A stretch of DNA of 64,000 bases from an uncultured bacterium. GTDB taxonomy: Bacteria; Patescibacteriota; Minisyncoccia; Phycocordibacterales; Phycocordibacteraceae. Under the pieces are notes generated by a model that ran no database searches, was not told the origin of the DNA, and saw only the letters and a program-made list of their open reading frames with translations. Position 1 is the first letter of the stretch, and the number at the start of each line of letters is the position of its first letter. Where the stretch lies: assembly GCA_947085985.1 (NCBI GenBank), contig CAMTYL010000003.1, positions 234,108-298,107 of the forward strand, read 5' to 3'. A program made the position numbers and the translations under genes. Positions 38,312 through 46,862 of this stretch are shown here, piece by piece.

Positions 38312-39358
38312 TTAAACAGTAAAGCTGGAAACAGAGTAAATATCCTCCTCTGGCTCCTTTTCCTTTTTCTCTTCAGCTACTACTACTGGAGCAGGCGCTA
38401 CTGGTTCTACCTGTGTAGTGTTTGGAAAAAGATACGGGACCACTGCCACGTCATTCTCGCCCGCGGCTGGGGCCTCCTTCTCTGCCAACAGCTGTGCCTC
38501 GCGTGTCGCAAGAATATTTGCGATGTTCGCAAGGTCTTCAGAAGAAAAGAATTCAATAAGAACACGCCCGCCATTTGGACGATTTTCAATCAACACGCGT
38601 GTGCCAAGAGTCTCGGTGAGGCTCTTCTCTAGTTCCATCATTTCCATGGTCTTGTCGTGCTTGCGGATGCGGTCGGTAGCGATGCGGCGAGCCATTTGTT
38701 CAACCATGCGCACACTTGTCTTCTTGAGCATGATTTCTCTAAACAATGTCTGCATCTCCTCCTTGCGATCCTGGAGCATCAAGAGTGCGCGTGCGTGCCC
38801 TTCGGTAATCTCTTTTGCTACCACTGCGTTCTGAATTTCTTCAGGAAGCAAAAGGAGGCGGATTGAGTTGGTGATGTATTCGCGACTGCGGCCCACCTTT
38901 GCTCCAACTTCAGCGTGCGAGAGTCCGAATGTCTCCACCAGTTGCGCGAGTGCCTTAGCGCGATCAATAGAGTTTAGGTCCTCGCGCTGCAAGTTCTCAA
39001 TGATGGCGAGCTCAAGCTTCATCTTGTCAGTCTGCTCGCCCGCACGGATAACTACAGGCACTTCTTTTAGACCGATTAATTTTGAAGCACGGAAACGGCG
39101 CTCACCCGCAATGAGTTCGTACGAGGCTTGAAGGCCGCCACCCGGTAGCTCGCGCTCGGTGCGTGTGACCACCAGCGGTTGCAGCACACCGTACTGACGA
39201 ATGCTTTCAGCCAGTGCCTTCAAGCGCTCTTCATCAAATTCTTTACGTGGTTGGTATGGGTTAGGTGAAATGCGTTCTACCTCTACCCAGTACACCGAGT
39301 CGTACTTGGTTGGCTCGGTATATTTAGATGCAAGCTTGTCGCCGCCAAACGGATTCAT
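38312..39358 (-). CDS. parB: ParB/Spo0J partition protein
   Basis: PNPYQPRKEF, GVLQPL, IAGERRFRA, IENLQREDL, HTH, EGHARALL. Confidence 0.95.
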   Translation of the reverse strand: MNPFGGDKLASKYTEPTKYDSVYWVEVERISPNPYQPRKEFDEERLKALAESIRQYGVLQPLVVTRTERELPGGGLQASYELIAGERRFRASKLIGLKEVPVVIRAGEQTDKMKLELAIIENLQREDLNSIDRAKALAQLVETFGLSHAEVGAKVGRSREYITNSIRLLLLPEEIQNAVVAKEITEGHARALLMLQDRKEEMQTLFREIMLKKTSVRMVEQMARRIATDRIRKHDKTMEMMELEKSLTETLGTRVLIENRPNGGRVLIEFFSSEDLANIANILATREAQLLAEKEAPAAGENDVAVVPYLFPNTTQVEPVAPAPVVVAEEKKEKEPEEDIYSVSSFTV

Positions 39359-39463
39359 GTATGCATTCTATCACTACGTACCCGCATCACACAGAAGGAG
39401 CGGTGGTGAAAAAAGAACCCGATAGTGGTATGGTTACCCCTAGTGAAGAAGACATTCACTGAT

Positions 39464-39547
39464 GCCGCGGTGATGAAATTGGTAGACATAGGGGTCTCAA
39501 AATCCCCTGCTGGCAACGGCGTGCGGGTTCGAGTCCCGCCTGCGGCA
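39464..39547 (+). tRNA. trnL: tRNA-Leu(CAA)
   Basis: GCCGCGG/CTGCGGC acceptor, anticodon loop CTCAAAA, long variable arm, GCGGG-TTCGAGT-CCCGC. Confidence 0.93.
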
Positions 39548-40129
39548 CCCATAGACACTGCTCTCGCACCAGTACTCGCCTACATAGTCGGTGTTGCCTT
39601 AGGAGACGGGAATCTATCCTGCCCAAACGGCAGAGCCACGCGACTTCGCATAACTTGCGATACTAGATATCCAGAAGTAGCTGATGAGATTATCAAGAGT
39701 CTTAACCAGCTTTTCCCACATAACAAGGTTTCCAGGGTTAAGCCTCGAGGAGGTTGTTTTGATATCAGCGTTTACTCAAACAAACTGAATGACTGGATCC
39801 CATGGCGTGTTGGGCATGGCTCCAAAATTGTTCAGTGCGTAACTGTACCCGAGTGGATACTTTTGAATGAAGAGTATTCAAAGCATTGTCTTCGTGGACT
39901 AATTCAGACAGACGGATGCGTGTATGTAGATAGGGGCTACAGAATGGTGAATTTTACGAACAATTCAAAAGAGCTGGCGCAAAGTGTTCATGAGCTGCTA
40001 ACGCAATTGAAGTACCGCCCTCGCCTCATCTGTGTCAGTAACGGGGGCTTTAGAAAGTACACGACACGAGTGGCCAGGAAAGTTGAGGTTGAGCGGCTTA
40101 TACAAGATACAGGACTCTACAAATCGTAA
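39473..40129 (+). CDS. LAGLIDADG-family homing endonuclease-like protein (start uncertain: ATG 39473 inside the tRNA, or ATA 39551)
   Basis: Two LAGLIDADG helices: LAYIVGVALGDG and CLRGLIQTDG. Confidence 0.82.
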   Translation: MKLVDIGVSKSPAGNGVRVRVPPAAPIDTALAPVLAYIVGVALGDGNLSCPNGRATRLRITCDTRYPEVADEIIKSLNQLFPHNKVSRVKPRGGCFDISVYSNKLNDWIPWRVGHGSKIVQCVTVPEWILLNEEYSKHCLRGLIQTDGCVYVDRGYRMVNFTNNSKELAQSVHELLTQLKYRPRLICVSNGGFRKYTTRVARKVEVERLIQDTGLYKS

Positions 40130-40154
40130 TGGGTGTGTATGGACAGGACGTAAC

Positions 40155-40190
40155 AAGTTTCGGCGACCCTGCAAAGGGTCGCCGAAACTT
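40155..40190 (+). terminator. Intrinsic terminator
   Basis: 16-bp perfect stem AAGTTTCGGCGACCCT-GCAA-AGGGTCGCCGAAACTT followed by TTT. Confidence 0.8.
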
Positions 40191-40243
40191 TTTCACTATG
40201 GTATCCTCGTACTTCCCGCAACGATAGTAAACAGGAATCCCCG

Positions 40244-40414
40244 ATGCCGTTTGGAGTGCTTAATCTGTTCTTCCCCGTTGTAGTTTCCGCTCTGTTTGCG
40301 CCCGCGACTTCTACCCGTCGCGACGACGGCGCCGACACCGACAAGCCGCCTCTTGTGGGCGGCGAAGATTTTGCCCAGTGGGGTGCGCCCGAACGCGCAC
40401 GTTGTCACGGCTAA
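40244..40414 (+). CDS. Putative 56-aa small protein (below ORF-track cutoff)
   Basis: MPFGVLNLFFPVVVSALFAPA...ARCHG*; AGGA upstream; followed by GC-rich hairpin and TTTT. Confidence 0.45.
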   Translation: MPFGVLNLFFPVVVSALFAPATSTRRDDGADTDKPPLVGGEDFAQWGAPERARCHG

Positions 40415-40482
40415 AGCCACAACGGGAAGGGCCCGGCGCAGAAGCGCCGGGCCCTTTTCAATATCCTCTGTTGAATTTCCGT

Positions 40483-40598
40483 GCGAGAAAATTGCTTTAG
40501 CTGCTAGGCACGGAGAGGCGAGGAGCGAGCCGTACATGCGAGTACGGTGAGCGACTCGCAGAGGCTCCGTAACAACGCAGATAAGGAAATTTTGTCGT
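40483..40598 (+). repeat. Intergenic structured palindromic repeat, copy 3
   Basis: CTGC-TAGGC-ACGGAG...GAGCCGTAC-loop-GTACGGTGA...CTCCGT-AACAAC-GCAG, same layout as the 12608 element. Confidence 0.65.
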
Positions 40599-40601
40599 GC
40601 G

Positions 40602-41264
40602 CTATATCTTGCCAACAAGATCCATCCCCGGCTCTAGCGTATCCCCTCCTGGCTCCCACGCTGCCGGACACACCTGCCCCGAGTGCGTGTCGACAAACTG
40701 CGCTGCTTGTAGTTTGCGCAGTGTCTCTTTTGCAGAACGACCAATGCCATTGTCATGCACCTCCATAGTTTTGAGTACTCCCTTCGGGTCAATGATGAAC
40801 GTGCCGCGAAGCGCGAGACCTTCGTCTGGAGTGAGCATGGTGTCACCACCCTGAATGAGTACCCCGAATGCATCTGCAACCTTTCCTGTTGGATCTGCTC
40901 CCATAGGGAACTCAATCTTCTTGATTGCCTCTGACGTATCGTGCCATGCCTTGTGCACAAATACGGTGTCGGTTGAGAACGACACTACTTCTGCACCAAG
41001 CTCCGTAAACTTCGCGTAGAGGCCCGCCATTTCTTCAAGCTCTGTTGGGCATACAAACGTAAAGTCTGCCGGGTAGAACATGACGATAAGCCACTTGCCA
41101 CGGAAGTCTGAGAACTTCATTGGCTTCACTTCGTTGTTCTGAAACGCCTCAAACTCGTAGTCAGGGATCGTTTCTCCGATACGTATTGAAGAGGAGTACT
41201 CTCGGTACGAATCGTGGAAATCGCCACAGTGCTCACAGTAATTGCTCTTTTGTTCAGTAGTCAT
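40602..41264 (-). CDS. ahpC: Peroxiredoxin (AhpC)
   Basis: FYPADFTFVCPTEL and C-terminal VCPAAW. Confidence 0.94.
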   Translation of the reverse strand: MTTEQKSNYCEHCGDFHDSYREYSSSIRIGETIPDYEFEAFQNNEVKPMKFSDFRGKWLIVMFYPADFTFVCPTELEEMAGLYAKFTELGAEVVSFSTDTVFVHKAWHDTSEAIKKIEFPMGADPTGKVADAFGVLIQGGDTMLTPDEGLALRGTFIIDPKGVLKTMEVHDNGIGRSAKETLRKLQAAQFVDTHSGQVCPAAWEPGGDTLEPGMDLVGKI

Positions 41265-41309
41265 ATGCGTTTTCCGTTATGTGAAGGTCATGATAGCATC
41301 CCAAGTATT

Positions 41310-42152
41310 GTGAAGCACCTGGATAACGCTCTCCCGCTACTGTGCGTTGTGGGGCCCACTGCCTCGGGCAAATCTGCGCGCGCGGTAGCGCTCGCAAAAG
41401 AGCTGGACGGTGAGGTCATTTCCGTAGATTCTCGCCAGGTGTATCGGATGCTTGATATCGGCACCGAGAAGACAACCGTGGAAGAAATGGACGGCATTAC
41501 TCACCACCTCATAGATATTCTTGACCCGCGGGAATCCTACAGCGCGGCTGACTTCGTGCGCGACGCAGAGCGCCTGATCGTTGACATTGAAGCGCGTGGC
41601 AAGCGCCCCATACTAGCAGGAGGCACGCACTTCTATTTTGAAGCGCTCATATACGGACTGCCAGAAACGAGTGCCCCCGACCCCACTGCAAGGCTCGCAC
41701 TTGAAGCACTCCCGACAGAGGAACTTGTGTCTCGTCTTAAACACAGCGACCCGCGACGAGCGGAGCGCGTTGACCCTCAGAATCGCCGTCGCCTTATCCG
41801 TGCGCTTGAAATAGTGGCCGAGCATGGTCACGTGCCAGAGCGCAACACCGAGACGCCACTGCGAGACGTAGAGTGGGTAGTTATTAACCCCGAGCGCGAC
41901 GTACTGCGCGAGCGTATCACCAGCCGTCTTGAGTCAGCATTTGCTCGCGGACTCATAGAAGAGGTGCGCGGCGTCCGAGACTATGTGGGCGACACTCGTT
42001 TGAACGAACTAGGGCTTGAATATCGCGTCATCGGCGAGTTTCTGCGTGGCGAACGCGAGGAAGATACGCTTCTATCTACCCTCTCAACAAAGCTCTGGCA
42101 CTACGCGCGCCATCAAAAGGCATGGCTGCGCAAACTAGCTGCCACCACTTAG
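41310..42152 (+). CDS. miaA: tRNA dimethylallyltransferase
   Basis: GPTASGKS, VDSRQVYR..DIGTEK, GGTHFY, RRLIRALE, YARHQKAW. Confidence 0.95.
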   Translation: MKHLDNALPLLCVVGPTASGKSARAVALAKELDGEVISVDSRQVYRMLDIGTEKTTVEEMDGITHHLIDILDPRESYSAADFVRDAERLIVDIEARGKRPILAGGTHFYFEALIYGLPETSAPDPTARLALEALPTEELVSRLKHSDPRRAERVDPQNRRRLIRALEIVAEHGHVPERNTETPLRDVEWVVINPERDVLRERITSRLESAFARGLIEEVRGVRDYVGDTRLNELGLEYRVIGEFLRGEREEDTLLSTLSTKLWHYARHQKAWLRKLAATT

Positions 42153-43126
42153 CGACCTGTTGGAGACCAGTGCAATGGATCGGTTGGTAGCGCATTTCTG
42201 AAGCCCCACTTACTACCATTCGCCTTAAGCCAGTTGTAAGTTTTGGTATTACATCCAGACTGGCCATTCTTACACCCAACGGATATATCTATGGCGACTC
42301 CGGAATTGTGATTGGAACCGTTACCTCCCTTTGAACAAGGAATCGCAGCCTTTCCTGACCCAAGTCTGCTCCAAATCGCCACCTGCTGTGCTTCGGAACG
42401 ATACGCGCTAGTGACTTTCAATGTCACTCCTTCCTTGCGCGCAGCTTCGTGCATTGCCATAAAGTTCTTTACGGTGGCTGGTGTCGCTTTTCGTGCCTCA
42501 CCACCGGTGACTGACGTTGGAAATGCCACCATGCTTGACTCGGGCGCGGCCGGACAGTTCTTTCCACCGACGGCTGGATTTACGGGAGTATCATTATCCC
42601 AAGATTCGCTGAGCATAAGTTCACCGGCGGTGATTTTTCCGGAAAACAGAGAGTCCATGTTGTCAGTCTTTCGCACACACGCAGAACCACTGCCCAAAAT
42701 GCTGTTCCATGGACCCCAACTCGCATCACTCGGGTTGTACAGCGTCTTCATGACAAAGTCCACAATCAGCCATGCGGATAGCGTGATGAGTAGGCCAATA
42801 GCAGCATTGCCGAGCATCTTTCTCGCTGTGCTCTTTGCTTCAGGATTCACTGCGGATGTGATGAGAAGGAACCCTGCCCACGCCATAATTATGACAAAAA
42901 AGAGCACGCCAAGCGCAATGGCAACGCCAAGCAAATTTTGTACGACATGCATCATTGCACCAAAGGAAAGCGGGTCCCCTTTGTTACAAGTTGGATCCAA
43001 GTCGCTTGCGTCCGGAATGATGTGGAATCCGCTCCCAAGAGTCGGTATTCCTTGTGCTTGAGCAAACACCGGAGCAATCAGTCCTACAAGAAGCGTGAGC
43101 GTGAGAATTGGAATGAATAGTTTCAT
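42149..43126 (-). CDS. VirB2/TrbC-like pilin domain fused to M15B (VanY-like) peptidase
   Basis: Signal peptide + pilin helices (AKSTARKML.NA.IG); C-terminal VTSAYRS..Q, SNHNSGVAIDI, WLKANG.KWGF, DPLHWS. Confidence 0.82.
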   Translation of the reverse strand: MKLFIPILTLTLLVGLIAPVFAQAQGIPTLGSGFHIIPDASDLDPTCNKGDPLSFGAMMHVVQNLLGVAIALGVLFFVIIMAWAGFLLITSAVNPEAKSTARKMLGNAAIGLLITLSAWLIVDFVMKTLYNPSDASWGPWNSILGSGSACVRKTDNMDSLFSGKITAGELMLSESWDNDTPVNPAVGGKNCPAAPESSMVAFPTSVTGGEARKATPATVKNFMAMHEAARKEGVTLKVTSAYRSEAQQVAIWSRLGSGKAAIPCSKGGNGSNHNSGVAIDISVGCKNGQSGCNTKTYNWLKANGSKWGFRNALPTDPLHWSPTGR

Positions 43127-43130
43127 ATAA

Positions 43131-43661
43131 CTATGGCAAAGGCTCTGCACCAGGACAGAAGCTGAGACCAAGGTCGTAGCCCCCATAGGTGTCGGAAAGT
43201 CCCGGCGTAGTACGTACCGATACTGCCAGCTTACAAAGCTCTGGTTCAGTCATTTCTAGTTTTGCCTTCATGGCAGCTTCTGCGCGACGACGCACTTCAC
43301 CCAGTGGCTCTGACTGTATGTTTACCAAAAATTCGCCCAGACCCGCGGCAGCGTCTGGAGGGAAGTACAGAATAATGTACGCATCTTCGTCAGAGCCCGC
43401 AAAAAGATACCCGGAGGCTACCCCAGCCCAATCTGGCTGATTCTCCTTTGTAAAATCCCGAGCCTGCACGGTAGAGCCGTCACGCAGTGAGAGTGTGAGT
43501 GTCTTTGATGCTACTGAGGCAGTGCCACCCGTAAACCCAAACGGGCTTGTGGTTGGCTCACTCGGTATTGGCTTGCCTTGTGAGAGAAATAAGAACAGAC
43601 CTGCACCAATTATTGCGACTACTACTAGCACCCCCGCGCAAGCAATCAAGACGTACTTCAT
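43131..43661 (-). CDS. Membrane-anchored hypothetical protein
   Basis: N-terminal TM; C-terminal LCKL...GLSFCPGA. Confidence 0.75.
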   Translation of the reverse strand: MKYVLIACAGVLVVVAIIGAGLFLFLSQGKPIPSEPTTSPFGFTGGTASVASKTLTLSLRDGSTVQARDFTKENQPDWAGVASGYLFAGSDEDAYIILYFPPDAAAGLGEFLVNIQSEPLGEVRRRAEAAMKAKLEMTEPELCKLAVSVRTTPGLSDTYGGYDLGLSFCPGAEPLP

Positions 43662-43683
43662 AGAAAAATAGTATCACGCATAC

Positions 43684-44751
43684 TTACTTACCTGCTTCAC
43701 AACCTTTTACATTGCGGATCGGCGTAACCTGACAGCGACTTGCCGAACATGCCCAGTCACTAAAATCCATATTCTTGTCCATTGCACAAGCAGCTGCCGT
43801 GCTTACGGCTGGATCCTTTGCGGCCTCGACACATGCACTGTATAGGGCCTTTGCCTCACTCGTATTCTTTATTTCAGAATTACACCAGCCTGGATGGTTG
43901 GCCTGGTCAGTGTAGTTTCCCTTCATACACGGCCGCGTAAAGGCATCTGGGCACTTCAGTGTCTTGCCGTCCTTCTTAAGCTCATGCACCGTAAGGTTTA
44001 TCTGCCACAAACCAACCGAATACGATGGACCTTTTCCATTATTCAACTTGTCGCTCCCGCTTACAACACGAGTGTTACCGCCAGCGCTTTCCATATTGCA
44101 TATAATTGCCGCGTCTGAAGCTCGCTTAGCAAAGCATGTCTTTTGCATACTAGTCACGCTGCACGGATTACTTTGCGTGACGGGCGGTTGACACTTCGGG
44201 CCAGCGGAAATGCCACTGGTTCCCGAAGAGCCACCTTCATAGGAGGATGTGGTGAGCTGGCCCGCAGTGATTGGCGCATCAAAAAGAGCTTTCATATTCG
44301 TCGTCTTTTGCACGCAGGTATCTCCACCCGTCAAAATTGAGTTCCAAGGGCCGAACTTTCCCTGTTGACCGTCAGGTCCGCTATACAAGGCCTTCATCAC
44401 AAAATCAACAATGAGCCACGCAGAGCACACAATCAGAAATCCAATCACCGCATTGATGAGCATCTTGCGCGCCGTACTCTTTGCCTCAGGATTAAACGGA
44501 GACATGATGAGAATGAATCCTGCCCACGCCATAATCACCACTGCAAAGAGTATGCCCACTGAGATGCCCGCGTTTATGAGGTTCTGGGCTATGCCCATTA
44601 CCCCCTCAAACCCGCACGGACAAGAGCGGCAGGCCTCTGGCACCAAGCTCCACCCGGAAGAGAAGAGTGGCATGTCCTGCGCACGGGATACAAGCGGGAC
44701 AGCAAGCAGCATTGCTGCCGAAATAATTGGAGTCGCCCGGACTAACTTCAT
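43684..44751 (-). CDS. VirB2/TrbC-like pilin domain fused to Cys-rich lysozyme-like (lytic transglycosylase) domain
   Basis: N-terminus paralogous to the 42149 gene; IICNMESAGGN (catalytic Glu-Ser) and SVGLWQIN (GLxQ) motifs. Confidence 0.78.
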   Translation of the reverse strand: MKLVRATPIISAAMLLAVPLVSRAQDMPLFSSGWSLVPEACRSCPCGFEGVMGIAQNLINAGISVGILFAVVIMAWAGFILIMSPFNPEAKSTARKMLINAVIGFLIVCSAWLIVDFVMKALYSGPDGQQGKFGPWNSILTGGDTCVQKTTNMKALFDAPITAGQLTTSSYEGGSSGTSGISAGPKCQPPVTQSNPCSVTSMQKTCFAKRASDAAIICNMESAGGNTRVVSGSDKLNNGKGPSYSVGLWQINLTVHELKKDGKTLKCPDAFTRPCMKGNYTDQANHPGWCNSEIKNTSEAKALYSACVEAAKDPAVSTAAACAMDKNMDFSDWACSASRCQVTPIRNVKGCEAGK

Positions 44752-44833
44752 GTAAGCATTGTAGCCTGCAAATCGGGCGCGTGGCTGCGCTTTTCCCCGC
44801 CCCGGTTCTCTGGTATCGTGAGTCTGTCACCAC

Positions 44834-44907
44834 GGGTCCATAGTTTAGTGGTAGAACATCGGTCTCCAAAACCGATAGTGTAGGTTCGATTCCTACTGGG
44901 CCCGCCA
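44834..44907 (+). tRNA. trnW: tRNA-Trp(CCA)
   Basis: GGGTCCA/TGGGCCC acceptor, TCGGT-CTCCAAA-ACCGA, encoded CCA. Confidence 0.95.
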
Positions 44908-45308
44908 AGAAGAACCCCGAAAGGGGTTTTCTTCGTGGCGGGCCCAAGCAAACGTGGGACGTTTGCGCGTAGGAATCGAAGATGTTGCGAGCATATTTCG
45001 TAAGCGAAGCGGACTGAAATATCCGCAACGTGTACAGAAACTGTAAGTTTCGAAAGCGAAGCGTTTCCTACTGGACTTAGGAATCGAAGCGCGGAGCCGT
45101 GACGACGGCGAGCGGGGGTCGCGGAATTTTGCAGCAGGAAAATATCTGTGACCGATGCGTGAGCAAATTCTCTTACGAGCACAGCGAGTTTAGAGATATA
45201 AGGAGCTGCGCGACTATATATCTATTATTTGTCTATTTAGAGAATGCGAACTTCCTACTGGTCTTAGATCCCGGGCGAAAGTGGTACTCCACGGTTCCTA
45301 CTGAGCCC
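44908..45308 (+). mobile_element. tRNA-Trp 3'-associated structured element(s), compound
   Basis: Anti-acceptor 44936-46, anti-T-arm 44969-80 and 45078-88, tRNA 3' direct repeats at 45065, 45252 and 45295; mobility is inferred. Confidence 0.6.
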
Positions 45309-45309
45309 C

Positions 45310-46224
45310 TTATCCGTACTTCTTAAGAAAATCTGCTACTTTAATGTAGCCAAGTTTCACTTGATGTGGTGCAACCCCAGTCTCCAAAAAATCGGCATAC
45401 TCTTTCTCCTTTACATTACCCTTCTGATCAATAAACTGCCCCCAGAACATGAGGCCAGACGGGTATGCATCAGAGTCATCTGCGACGGAGAAGCCGACAC
45501 GCCTTGCTATCGGTGTGTCCATAAGCCAGGAGCGTCCAATAATATATTTTGCATTCGGGCTGTTCTCCTTAATAGACGTTGCGAGCTCGCGAAAGGAATC
45601 CTGAGAGAAAATATTTACAGCTGAAATTTCATCATTTTCAACTTGCTCTGCAAGCGGAGTAACATGAATCTCAACAACTTCGTCCTCTGCAGATATCTGT
45701 GGGAAGTCAGGAAAGAGCTTCCCGTTAAATACTGCGTAGCCTATTAATCCCGCATGAAAAGGACCTCTTCTATCTTGTGGCGGCATCTCCTCTGGTACCC
45801 TATCCTCAACTACCTTTTCTCCAATCTCTGCTGCAGAAAAACTTTCTCCCACTTTTGAAACGATACTCGGTAAACGAGGAATGAATGATGTATCCTCGGG
45901 CGCGTAGCTGGCATCAACAGCATCAAGTACACACTGAGTAAATGATTGGTATGTATCTGGTAGCTGCCAGGAGTGCTTTCTCGTATTCGTATAGAAAGCG
46001 TCAGAGATAAGGGGCTGGAGAATGTAACAGTCGTGAAGGTATGAACTTAGTCGCTCCCCCTTTGGAATAGTTTCTGTGCTCGGTGTTTTACCTTCCCATA
46101 CGCGTACCCGGTACTGAGTCTCAAGCGAATCAAGCTTTGCGTATACCGACTCCTTAGTTTCAGCGGGGCTTGTTTCTGCTATAGCAGGTCGTGGCTTTTG
46201 TTCAGCAATACCTTCGTATCCCAT
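45310..46224 (-). CDS. Hypothetical protein
   Basis: About 304-aa ORF, lower GC; IIGRSWLMD...GF motif; start uncertain. Confidence 0.7.
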   Translation of the reverse strand: MGYEGIAEQKPRPAIAETSPAETKESVYAKLDSLETQYRVRVWEGKTPSTETIPKGERLSSYLHDCYILQPLISDAFYTNTRKHSWQLPDTYQSFTQCVLDAVDASYAPEDTSFIPRLPSIVSKVGESFSAAEIGEKVVEDRVPEEMPPQDRRGPFHAGLIGYAVFNGKLFPDFPQISAEDEVVEIHVTPLAEQVENDEISAVNIFSQDSFRELATSIKENSPNAKYIIGRSWLMDTPIARRVGFSVADDSDAYPSGLMFWGQFIDQKGNVKEKEYADFLETGVAPHQVKLGYIKVADFLKKYG

Positions 46225-46285
46225 GACGAAACTGTAGCATAGTGAAAACCCTTGACACCGAAAAGCCACTTTGATAGATTACTTG

Positions 46286-46358
46286 AACTGCCAACAAGTT
46301 CGTCTCCGGACAGACTTTGCTGGCAGTACAAAGAAACCGCCCTCGGGCGGTTTCTTTG
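46286..46358 (+). ncRNA. Putative small RNA unit 1
   Basis: Promoter TTGACA(46252)-17-TAGATT; hairpin ACTGCCA...TGGCAGT; terminator 46329-46358. Confidence 0.55.
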
Positions 46359-46437
46359 CTTTCTAATACGAAATCACACGGTTAAAGGCTATCCACAGGG
46401 TGCTTGACAAGAAAACCGGGATAGTATATCTTACGTA

Positions 46438-46512
46438 GGTGCTCATGAGTTTTCGCTCTCGGGCAAATTCTTGTGAGCACACTGGAGAAACCGCCCTCGG
46501 GCGGTTTTTCCA
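46438..46512 (+). ncRNA. Putative small RNA unit 2
   Basis: Promoter TTGACA(46404)-17-TATCTT; hairpin GTGCTCA...TGAGCAC; terminator with the same 21-bp core as unit 1. Confidence 0.55.
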
Positions 46513-46678
46513 TTTACGGGCAGTCAACTCGCTTGCGAGTTGCTTTGCCCCTTATGCAGGATTCTGGCTGGGCTTCCTCGCCAGAATCCTGCGAAAGGAG
46601 AAAGTACTTACATTTCAATGCCCAAAACAAAACCGCCCCTTCCGAGGCGGTTTTGCTATCTGCGCGAATCCCTATCTG

Positions 46679-46831
46679 TTACTTCTTAACCTCCTTGTAT
46701 ACCTCGCGCTTTCGGGTGTTTGGGTCGTATTTCTTAAGCTCCAACTTTCGAGTGACCTTCTTCTTATTCTTGGTGGTCATACGAATGTGTCCCGAAGGAG
46801 ACTTCATTTTCTGTAGGCGGTCTTGTGACAT
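46679..46831 (-). CDS. rpmG: 50S ribosomal protein L33 (Cys-free)
   Basis: MSQDRL...TTKNKKKVTRKLELKKYDPNTRKREVYKE. Confidence 0.92.
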   Translation of the reverse strand: MSQDRLQKMKSPSGHIRMTTKNKKKVTRKLELKKYDPNTRKREVYKEVKK

Positions 46832-46862
46832 AGATAGGCAGACTATACCAGCGGGCGGGATA

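Noticed and set aside
40196-40618. RNase P RNA, tmRNA or the 140-aa minus-strand ORF in this gap
   Set aside because: No RNase P P4 consensus or tmRNA ends were recognisable. The gap is better explained by a small ORF, a terminator and a structured repeat.
44834-44907. Alternative genetic code (UGA recoding)
   Set aside because: Conserved genes are full length under code 11, TGA is used as a stop, and tRNA-Trp has a CCA anticodon.
46389-46397. DnaA-box-like CTATCCACA (possible oriC)
   Set aside because: Single mismatched box, no cluster, and no dnaA/dnaN nearby.
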